Part shown: piece after piece, positions 25,800 to 32,359 of the stretch
Layout: every line of letters begins with the position of its first letter
How positions within the stretch are numbered: position 1 is the first letter of the stretch
Assembly: GCA_049678185.1 (NCBI GenBank)
Contig: JBAUDS010000025.1
Location: 8,016-72,015 of the forward strand
Source of the DNA: Thermoanaerobaculia bacterium
GTDB lineage: Bacteria; Acidobacteriota; Thermoanaerobaculia; Multivoradales; JAHEKO01
Direction of reading: 5' to 3'
DNA: 64,000 nt
Position numbers and translations under genes: made by a program
Notes under the pieces: model-generated
Told to the model about the DNA's origin: nothing
The model's input: the letters and a program-made list of their open reading frames with translations, nothing else
Databases searched by the model: none

Positions 25800-28568
25800 A
25801 TGAGGTGCAACACTGAAGCAAACGCCTGGCTGATGGTGGCCGTGCTGCTCCTCGGGGCAGCGGTCGCCGGCAGGGTCGACGCCACCACCACCGGCCAGCT
25901 GGCGGGTCGCGTGGTCGACGACGGTGGGGTCCCCCTACCCGGGGTCTCGGTGACGGCCGGCTCTCCCACCCAAATCGGTGGGATCCAGTCGACCCAGACA
26001 GACGCCCAGGGTTGGTTCCAGTATCCCCGGCTCAACCCCGGCTACTTCACCGTACGGCTGGAGCTCGACGGCTTTCTCACCCAGGAGCTGACCGAGGTCC
26101 AGGTGCGTCTCGACCGCATGACCCGGCTGCTGGTCACCCTGCCCGTGGGGACCTTTGCCGACCAGGTGGTGGTCACCGAGACGACGCCGGTGGTCGACCC
26201 GCAGCGCATCTCGACGGGGCAGACCTTCACCAGCGACTTCATCGAGGAGGCTGCCATCGGGTTGAATGTCCGCTATGCCTATTCGCAGATCCTCCTGCAG
26301 GCGGCCGGGGCCGCCTCCGAAAACCCGGGAACTGAATCGGGCGGTGGAGCCTTGTGGGCCATCAGTGTGCTCGGCTCGACCGGGTCGGAGAACGTTTTCC
26401 AGGTCGATGGTCTCGACACCTCGGATCCCTATTATGGGGGCGCCATGACCATGATCCCGATCGACTCGATCCAGGAGTTGGCTTTCGAGTCGGGTGGTTT
26501 CGAGGCCGAATTCGGGCGGGCCACGGGTGGAGTTATCAACGTGCTCACCAAGTCGGGGAGCAACACGCTGGCCGGCAGCGTCGACGTCCGCTTTCGGAAC
26601 GAGAATCTAGAGACTTCGGGGGACCACTACGACCCCGACGAGGAGGAGTCGGGTGTCAGGATCGTGGGGGCCACCCTGGGTGGCCGCTTCGTCCGCGACC
26701 GCGCCTGGTATTTCGCCTCGGTCGAGAACCAGCTGTACAAGGCCACCCCAACCGGCGCACCGACCACCTTTGAGGAAAGAATCAATCGCGGCTTTGTCAA
26801 GGTGACCGGGCAGGCGACTCCGAGTTGGCTGCTGCTGGGCAAGTACCACCGGGGCCCCTGGGAATGGCTGAACGCTGGTTCCGGTCCCTTTAAGGCGCCC
26901 GAGGCGACCGTGCGTTATGAGGTGGACGGAACCATCCTCCAGGCCGAGGCTTCCGGGGTACTGTCACCAAGCCTGCTGTGGGAGATGCAGATCGGCTCCC
27001 ACTCGGTCGACGAGGACTGGGGTCCGATGAGCGGCGACAGCGAGCCCATCAATCACTACAACCTCGATACCGGTCTCGAGACGGGCAACACTTTGGAGAT
27101 GTTCTATAGAAACAGCGATCGGAATCAGCTCGGCACGGCCCTGACCTGGTTGGTGGGTGACGCCCTGGGCAGCCACGAGTTCAAGGCCGGGGGGGAATAC
27201 CACCAGACCTCCCTGGATCTGCACACGTGCTATACGGGACTCACCGGGGGTGGCTTCTGTCGGGCCGGCGAGCCGGGCTACGCCTTTCTCGACTTTGCGG
27301 ATGGTGCGGGCAACAGTATCCCCTTCTTGATGACCGTCCGCACGCCGCCGGGCCCCGTTGAAGTCACAGGGACTTTCCCCTCGCTGTTTGTCCAGGATAC
27401 CTGGCGGCTGCTGCCGTCGCTCTCAATCAAGCTGGGGCTGCGCTGGGACCGCTCGATCTTCGACGACGATGCGGGTGAAGAGGTGGCCGACCTGGCGATG
27501 CTCCAGCCACGCGTCGGCGTCACCTGGGACGTGGCCGGCAATGGTCGCAATCTCTTGCGGGCCTCTTGGGGTCGTTTTATGAACTCCAGCTTTCTACGCC
27601 TGCCGCGGTTCGGGACGACGACTGCAGACGTTTTTGAAGACTGGCTCTCCTGCTCTCTGGAGGGGCTGACCGACCCCGAGATCTGTCAGGGCGTGGCCGC
27701 GATCGAGGGCCTGACCTGGCGCTCGGACCCGGAGGGCTGGGATCCCGCCGGTTGGCTGCTTTTGGACACCTTTGGGTCCTTCCCCCGCCAGATCGCACCC
27801 GATCTCGAGCCCACCTATGCCGACACGCTGATCCTCGGCTTCGAGAGGGAGCTCTTCCGCCGCACCTCCCTGGAGCTGAGCTTCGTGGATAAAGCGACGC
27901 GGGACATCTTCGACGATACCTGCATCGGCAACTATCCGACACCCGCCCCTGGCGCCGACTGCAGCACCGCCATCATCGCCAATATCGACGAAGCGCGCCG
28001 CGACTACACCGCCTGGATACTGAACTTCGAGAGCCGGGCGCTCGATCGTCTGCATGTGCTCGCCTCCTATACCAATTCCGATGCCAAGGGGTCGATCAGC
28101 ACCGGCGCGCTCGCCACGAACGACTTCGACCTTTATCCTTACCACTGGGAGAATCGGTACGGGTATCTCGAGTATCACCGCAAACATCGGGTGAAGGTCA
28201 GCGGCTACGTCTTCCTGCCCTGGGACTTTGCCTTGGGCGTCAACGGTGTCTGGGGCTCTCCCTTTCGTTGGACGCCCGTCCAACCGGCTCGTTTGGTCGA
28301 CCCCAGGGCCTGGGGCTTGATCTTCGTCGAGCCCCGTGGCAACCGTGAGGGGGACGAGTGGGCCCAGCTCGACCTCCAGGTAACGAAAAGTTTCCGCCTT
28401 GGCCGGGTCCGTCTCCGACTCATCGGCACCGTGGTGAATCTCTTCGATTCCGAGAACGCCATCAACGTTTGCGACAACGTCAATGGCTGCGGCGACTTCG
28501 AGCTCGGCGATCCCACCGCCTGGCAGTTACCCCGCCGCTACGAGCTGGGGCTGAGGGTGGAGTTCTGA
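25800..28568 (+). CDS. TonB-dependent-receptor-like outer-membrane protein with N-terminal carboxypeptidase-regulatory-like domain
   Basis: ATG at 25800 with an upstream SD. Signal peptide WLMVAVLLLGAAVAGRVDA. CarboxypepD_reg-like GRVVDDGGVPLPGVSVT...TDAQGWFQYPRLNPGYFTV. Plug-like region (VFQVDGLDTSDPYYGG, GGVINVLTKSG). The beta-barrel C-terminus ends in ...YELGLRVEF. Confidence 0.8.
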   Translation: MRCNTEANAWLMVAVLLLGAAVAGRVDATTTGQLAGRVVDDGGVPLPGVSVTAGSPTQIGGIQSTQTDAQGWFQYPRLNPGYFTVRLELDGFLTQELTEVQVRLDRMTRLLVTLPVGTFADQVVVTETTPVVDPQRISTGQTFTSDFIEEAAIGLNVRYAYSQILLQAAGAASENPGTESGGGALWAISVLGSTGSENVFQVDGLDTSDPYYGGAMTMIPIDSIQELAFESGGFEAEFGRATGGVINVLTKSGSNTLAGSVDVRFRNENLETSGDHYDPDEEESGVRIVGATLGGRFVRDRAWYFASVENQLYKATPTGAPTTFEERINRGFVKVTGQATPSWLLLGKYHRGPWEWLNAGSGPFKAPEATVRYEVDGTILQAEASGVLSPSLLWEMQIGSHSVDEDWGPMSGDSEPINHYNLDTGLETGNTLEMFYRNSDRNQLGTALTWLVGDALGSHEFKAGGEYHQTSLDLHTCYTGLTGGGFCRAGEPGYAFLDFADGAGNSIPFLMTVRTPPGPVEVTGTFPSLFVQDTWRLLPSLSIKLGLRWDRSIFDDDAGEEVADLAMLQPRVGVTWDVAGNGRNLLRASWGRFMNSSFLRLPRFGTTTADVFEDWLSCSLEGLTDPEICQGVAAIEGLTWRSDPEGWDPAGWLLLDTFGSFPRQIAPDLEPTYADTLILGFERELFRRTSLELSFVDKATRDIFDDTCIGNYPTPAPGADCSTAIIANIDEARRDYTAWILNFESRALDRLHVLASYTNSDAKGSISTGALATNDFDLYPYHWENRYGYLEYHRKHRVKVSGYVFLPWDFALGVNGVWGSPFRWTPVQPARLVDPRAWGLIFVEPRGNREGDEWAQLDLQVTKSFRLGRVRLRLIGTVVNLFDSENAINVCDNVNGCGDFELGDPTAWQLPRRYELGLRVEF

Positions 28569-28626
28569 TCGACCTACGGTACGGGACCTTCTCTTCAGCC
28601 TGCTGGTGTGAGGGCGTACTCCCCAG

Positions 28627-28938
28627 TCAACGCGAGATGACCCGACCCAGGCCCTTCTTGGACTCGCCCATTACGAGGAGGGATTTTGCCAGCTGATCGA
28701 GGGATGCCTGACCTTTCTCCATCTTCGAGACCCTGCCTTGGCTCGTCTGGAGAAGTTTCGCAGCTTTCTCCTGGGAGATCCTTTTTTTTCTCCGCAGTGC
28801 TTTGAGCTCCTCGCCAAGCCGAATCTTCATGTCGATAATGGCTACTTCTTCAGGGGAAAGATCGAGCCATTCTTCGACGGTCGTAACCCGTCCTCCCATT
28901 GCTTTGATGCGCGCCTTCTTCTTGGAGTCAAGGGGCAT
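28627..28938 (-). CDS. higA: XRE-family HTH antitoxin (HigA-like)
   Basis: ATG at 28938 (MPLDSKKKARI...) is preceded by the SD GAGGTGG. The HTH is RISQEKAAKLLQTSQGRVSKMEKG. It lies immediately downstream of the Gp49-like toxin. The track's TTG start at 28956 is an alternative. Confidence 0.75.
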   Translation of the reverse strand: MPLDSKKKARIKAMGGRVTTVEEWLDLSPEEVAIIDMKIRLGEELKALRRKKRISQEKAAKLLQTSQGRVSKMEKGQASLDQLAKSLLVMGESKKGLGRVISR

Positions 28939-28952
28939 AGTCCACCTCTTTT

Positions 28953-29291
28953 TCAATTTGCGTCGTACTGTGCCAACAGTCTTTTTGCCTGATCTACGAT
29001 CTGTTTTGGCGCCTTGCTCGTCTTCTTGCTAAACAGGGCTGCCACGAGGACTGCATCACCGTCGGTCCTATAGATCACACGCCATGTCTGGTTCTCGTCG
29101 TTGATACGTAGCTCGTGACAGCGCCGACCGATCGACGGCATTGGCCGGGAGCTTGGCATCTCGAGCTTCAGACCCTGCTGCAGCTTTCGCATGAGGAATC
29201 CAATCTCGCGCCGTGCCGTCAAGGAGAGCGGCGGAGTCTTGATCTCCCCGCTCAGGATTACTAGAGCCTTACCCTCATGCTTCACCGTCAT
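28953..29291 (-). CDS. higB: RelE/HigB-superfamily toxin, phage Gp49-like
   Basis: HELRINDENQTWRVIYRTDGDAVLVAALFSKKTSKAPKQ matches the Gp49/HigB-like pattern (ELRI, R-I-Y, F-KKT-K-P). The toxin-first gene order is typical of HigBA. Confidence 0.75.
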   Translation of the reverse strand: MTVKHEGKALVILSGEIKTPPLSLTARREIGFLMRKLQQGLKLEMPSSRPMPSIGRRCHELRINDENQTWRVIYRTDGDAVLVAALFSKKTSKAPKQIVDQAKRLLAQYDAN

Positions 29292-29299
29292 CCACCCGA

Positions 29300-29343
29300 A
29301 TTATGCCCAATACGGCATACTTTGTCAAGTCGGATCGGGCATA
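29300..29343 (-). promoter_or_regulatory. higBA promoter TTGACA-17 nt-CATAAT (minus strand) with TATGCC/GGCATA operator repeats
   Basis: On the minus strand, TTGACA is at 29328-29323 and CATAAT at 29305-29300. The ATG at 29291 lies 8 nt after the -10 box. TATGCC (29302-29307) pairs with GGCATA (29314-29319) as an inverted repeat, and a third copy GGGCATA lies at 29337-29343. Confidence 0.5.
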
Positions 29344-29431
29344 ATCAAGATCCACAGGGACGGAAGACCGGCCTCGGAAAACGCCGCCGCCGCAGCCTTC
29401 CCACCGTTCGGTTGAAGTCTTTGAGCTTGAC

Positions 29432-29460
29432 TTGGACTTGTACACGTATTGGTGTACACT
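29432..29460 (+). promoter_or_regulatory. hicAB promoter candidate TTGGAC-17 nt-TACACT overlapped by a TGTACAC/GTGTACA palindrome
   Basis: TTGGAC lies at 29432-29437 and TACACT at 29455-29460. A perfect 7-bp inverted repeat spans 29439-29445 and 29452-29458. The GTG start at 29467 is 6 nt after the -10 box. Confidence 0.4.
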
Positions 29461-29466
29461 AGTTGA

Positions 29467-29643
29467 GTGAAGAGGCGGGAGCTCGAGAGGGCTCTCAGAA
29501 AGCTCGGGTGGAGCTTTCTGAGACACGGTGGCAAGCACGACGTATGGACCGATGGTGAGCGACAAGAAGCGATCCCCAGGCATGCCGAGATCAGCGAGAG
29601 ATTGGCCAGGGAGATTTTGAAACGAGCGAAGAGGGAAGCCTAA
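29467..29643 (+). CDS. hicA: HicA mRNA-interferase toxin (58 aa, GTG start; absent from ORF track)
   Basis: My own translation is VKRRELERALRKLGWSFLRHGGKHDVWTDGERQEAIPRHAEISERLAREILKRAKREA, followed by a stop. This is the HicA/YcfA pattern (G-KH...P-H-EI...IL). The stop lies 2 nt before the hicB ATG. Confidence 0.75.
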   Translation: MKRRELERALRKLGWSFLRHGGKHDVWTDGERQEAIPRHAEISERLAREILKRAKREA

Positions 29644-29645
29644 CG

Positions 29646-30065
29646 ATGAGATTTTCTGGAAGGGTATACAGGGATGGGTCATTCTGGCTGGCCGAGGTTC
29701 CGGTTTTCGAGGCCATGACGCAGGGTCGTACCCGGCGGGAGGCGCTCGAGATGATCGAGGACTGGTTTGCCACGATGGTGAATCGTCCCGGGTTCTCGGC
29801 CAAGGCTCATCTCAAAGGCAGGGAAGAGTTCGAGGTAAGCGCGTCGGATCTCAGGAGCATGGTCAGTCTGCTTCTTCAACGCCAGCGTCAACGAAGCGGA
29901 CTGTCCTTGGCCGAGGCAGCTCAGAGACTTGGCGCCAAATCCCGCAACGCCTATGCACGCTACGAGCGAGGAGAATCTCTGCCGACTATCGAGAAACTCG
30001 ACCAATTGCTCCATGCGGTGTCGGGAGATCGGGATCTGGTGGTGGGTCAAAGTGGTGGGAGATAG
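29646..30065 (+). CDS. hicB: HicB antitoxin with C-terminal XRE-type HTH
   Basis: N-terminal HicB fold (FSGRVYRDGSFWLAEVPVFEAMTQGRTRREALEMIED). C-terminal HTH (LSLAEAAQRLGAKSRNAYARYERGESLPTIEKL). Confidence 0.8.
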   Translation: MRFSGRVYRDGSFWLAEVPVFEAMTQGRTRREALEMIEDWFATMVNRPGFSAKAHLKGREEFEVSASDLRSMVSLLLQRQRQRSGLSLAEAAQRLGAKSRNAYARYERGESLPTIEKLDQLLHAVSGDRDLVVGQSGGR

Positions 30066-30070
30066 GTTCG

Positions 30071-30115
30071 CTGCTACCTCGCCGCTACGGGCTGGGAGTG
30101 AGGCTTGAGTTCTAA
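30071..30115 (+). pseudogene. 45-nt remnant of the 3' end of a TonB-dependent-receptor-like gene
   Basis: CTGCTACCTCGCCGCTACGGGCTGGGAGTGAGGCTTGAGTTCTAA encodes LLPRRYGLGVRLEF plus a stop. The end of the intact gene at 28524-28568 encodes QLPRRYELGLRVEF plus a stop. By hand alignment 36 of 45 nt are identical, in the same frame. Confidence 0.7.
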
Positions 30116-30119
30116 GGGT

Positions 30120-30740
30120 CTATGCCGAGAGCCTCTTCACCTCGGCAACGATGCTCTTCTTGATCGCTGACCAGGTGGCCTCGCGAATCATTCTTGGCAT
30201 GGGTTCCGCCTCGGCATCTTCGAAATAAACCAGGCTCTTGAGGAGCTGGTACTCGTTGTAGTCGACCTTTGGGAAACGGCGGCGGACGAGATCGATTGTT
30301 GACTCGAGACTGCCCCCGGTCTGCAGGAAGAAGTAGAGGTCGACGAAATCCTTGCGACTGCCGCGGCCGCCGATCGCAACGATTTTCATGGCGGCGATAT
30401 CCCGCGGATCGGCGATGGTCAGCCCGCGATAGGGCGTACCCGGGTAGACCAGTGGCGCCTGCATCCCGAGAAAGCTGACTCGCAGGCTCTCCAGTACGAC
30501 GTGGAGTGTTCTCGACGACCGGCTCTGAATCGAAAGAGAGCCGACGTCCGACAGTCGCTCGATCAAGGGCTCGGTCTCGAAATCTTCCACGCGGAAGAAG
30601 CCGAGGTCTTCTGAGTAGCGGTGCCCGAATTGGAGGGCGAGTCCGGTGCCGCCGGCAAGTGTCCACCCCTCGAGGCAGCCGTCTGCCACCAAGCGGCGAA
30701 CGAGTCTCCAGGCTTCAGGGCTGAGGACTTTGGGGTTCAT
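30120..30740 (-). CDS. Nucleotidyltransferase, AbiEii/AbiGii (DUF1814)-like toxin
   Basis: ATG at 30740 (MNPKVLSPEAW...). LAGGTGLALQFGHRYSEDLGFF resembles the AbiEii hGG-x(n)-DxD motif, and KDFVDLYFF is also family-typical. Confidence 0.65.
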   Translation of the reverse strand: MNPKVLSPEAWRLVRRLVADGCLEGWTLAGGTGLALQFGHRYSEDLGFFRVEDFETEPLIERLSDVGSLSIQSRSSRTLHVVLESLRVSFLGMQAPLVYPGTPYRGLTIADPRDIAAMKIVAIGGRGSRKDFVDLYFFLQTGGSLESTIDLVRRRFPKVDYNEYQLLKSLVYFEDAEAEPMPRMIREATWSAIKKSIVAEVKRLSA

Positions 30741-31233
30741 TGGTCTTCGATCCCAGGATAAGATTCCAGTAGTTCCGGGTCCGCTCGTCTGTCTCCCGGT
30801 GAGCAGCTGCTGCCCGTACGTCGTCGTCACCATAGAAACGCCGGCTCGCCTCGACCTGCTGCCGATCGCCGTACATGAGTGCTCGACGAAGCACCCACTG
30901 GGGGTACTGTTCGATGTCCTTTGGCTCGAGCGACCGATCCCAAAAGAGCGGCTTCAGGAGGCGAGCCAGACCCCCACTCGACGGTGTCGACTCGGGCTCA
31001 TCTCTCCGCAGCGGCTCCAGGCTCACATTCAACCGCACCTCGAGCGCCGCAGCCAGTCGCCTCAGGGTGGCGAGCTCGAATCGGTCCCAACCGTTCTCGT
31101 AGCGGTGAAGAGTAGGGGCGCTGGTTCCAGCCCGTCGCGCGAGCTCGGCCAGGCTCCACCCGCGCTCCTTCCTCAGGGTGCGAATCTGAAGCCCAATTGG
31201 AGCCTGATGGAGGTTGTAAATATTATCGGACAT
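30715..31233 (-). CDS. XRE-family HTH protein, putative antitoxin of the AbiEii-like gene
   Basis: ATG at 31233 (MSDNIYNL...). The HTH is IRTLRKERGWSLAELARRAGTSAPTLHRYENG, and an extra C-terminal domain follows. It overlaps the downstream nucleotidyltransferase gene by 26 nt. Confidence 0.65.
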   Translation of the reverse strand: MSDNIYNLHQAPIGLQIRTLRKERGWSLAELARRAGTSAPTLHRYENGWDRFELATLRRLAAALEVRLNVSLEPLRRDEPESTPSSGGLARLLKPLFWDRSLEPKDIEQYPQWVLRRALMYGDRQQVEASRRFYGDDDVRAAAAHRETDERTRNYWNLILGSKTNEPQSPQP

Positions 31234-31245
31234 GATAATATTGTA
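31219..31245 (-). promoter_or_regulatory. Perfect 9-bp inverted repeat AATATTATC-N6-GATAATATT spanning the start codon, plus TACAAT -10 box
   Basis: The arms lie at 31219-31227 and 31234-31242, and the spacer GGACAT contains the ATG (minus strand). The minus-strand TACAAT at 31245-31240 lies 6 nt upstream of the ATG. Confidence 0.5.
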
Positions 31246-31327
31246 TCTCGTCCGAGATCGGCATGCGGCAATCCTTCCCAGGTCGGAAGGTGACCTCAAG
31301 GGTACTGAGTTGTAGGGCAGCCTGGCG

Positions 31328-32251
31328 TCAGGGAGCGGCGGAGCCCGGGATGACGATGATCTCCACGCGGCGGTTGCGGGCGCGGCCTTCCTCGGTGTCG
31401 TTGCTGTCCACGGGGCGGGATTCGCCGTATCCACGCTGATCGATGACAACGCCGCTGAGAGTCTGCTGCTGCTCAAGGAAGACTCGCACGGCGCCGGCCC
31501 GTTTCTCACTGAGGGTCTGGTTATAGGAGTCTGAGCCCACCGCGTCGGTGTGGCCCTCGACCACCAGACGCACCGCGCCCAGTGCCTTGGCCTTGAGGGC
31601 GAGGTCCGTCAGCACGGTCGTCGCCTCGGGCTTCAGGTCATGTTTGTCGAAGTCGAACAGCACCGCACCCTCGAGGATGAGCTTGAGGGCTGAGCCGATG
31701 GCGCCTACCGCATCGATGTCGGCGCCGGGCCAGGTGGAGCTGCAGTCGGAACGCAGGTCGGTGAGGCTCACGTAGTGGAACACCGCGCCGGTCTCGACGT
31801 GGTCGGCGATGTCCACGTCGGCGCGGCCCCCGGAGATCTCGCCTACCTCCGTCCAGGTGGTGCCGTCTGAGGAGATGGCCAGGCTGGTGGGCTCCACCGC
31901 CGGGCCGATCTCGAACACATACAAGTCCGGCCCCTCCAGATCCACCAAGGCGTTGTCCTCGAAGCGCAGCACGATGGTCCCGCCGCAGCCGAGGGTCAGG
32001 TAGTTGTCGTCGTCGGTGTAGTCCGGATGGCCGAGGGTCTCGGTGGGAATGCGATCCCCGTCGGTGGTTGCGTGGGGGTCGCCCTCTTCGAAGGAAACCA
32101 TCGCGTCGGCGAAGCTCAGGTCGCCGAGAGGGAAGAAGACCTCGCCGCCATGCCCGTCCGGGTAGGACCGACCGGGGTCGTCGTTACCTTGGGCGAGAGC
32201 AACAGCGGGCAGAAGTAGTAGCAGTGCGATCCACTGCGAGCGGCTGGTCAT
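31328..32251 (-). CDS. OmpA-family protein with unrecognised N-terminal domain
   Basis: ATG at 32251 with the SD GGAGGTG. Signal peptide QWIALLLLLPAVALA. C-terminal OmpA domain (VVEGHTDAVGSDSYNQTLSEKRAGAV...NRRVEI). Confidence 0.8.
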   Translation of the reverse strand: MTSRSQWIALLLLLPAVALAQGNDDPGRSYPDGHGGEVFFPLGDLSFADAMVSFEEGDPHATTDGDRIPTETLGHPDYTDDDNYLTLGCGGTIVLRFEDNALVDLEGPDLYVFEIGPAVEPTSLAISSDGTTWTEVGEISGGRADVDIADHVETGAVFHYVSLTDLRSDCSSTWPGADIDAVGAIGSALKLILEGAVLFDFDKHDLKPEATTVLTDLALKAKALGAVRLVVEGHTDAVGSDSYNQTLSEKRAGAVRVFLEQQQTLSGVVIDQRGYGESRPVDSNDTEEGRARNRRVEIIVIPGSAAP

Positions 32252-32359
32252 AGACACCTCCATCACGGGACGGTTTGTCATGCTACTAGATAGGGGGGGC
32301 GGTTCACTTATTCTGGTACGATTCGGGAAACTCTGGAGTCGGAAAGAAACGGAGGGGTC

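Noticed and set aside
31296-31315. Possible third, very short remnant of the receptor gene's 3' end (AGGGTACTGAGTTGTAG versus AGGGTGGAGTTCTGA) just past the XRE/AbiEii cassette.
   Set aside because: Only about 12 matching nucleotides, and the alignment needs an indel. This is too short to separate from chance without a statistical search. It is worth checking only if the 30071-30115 scar is confirmed.
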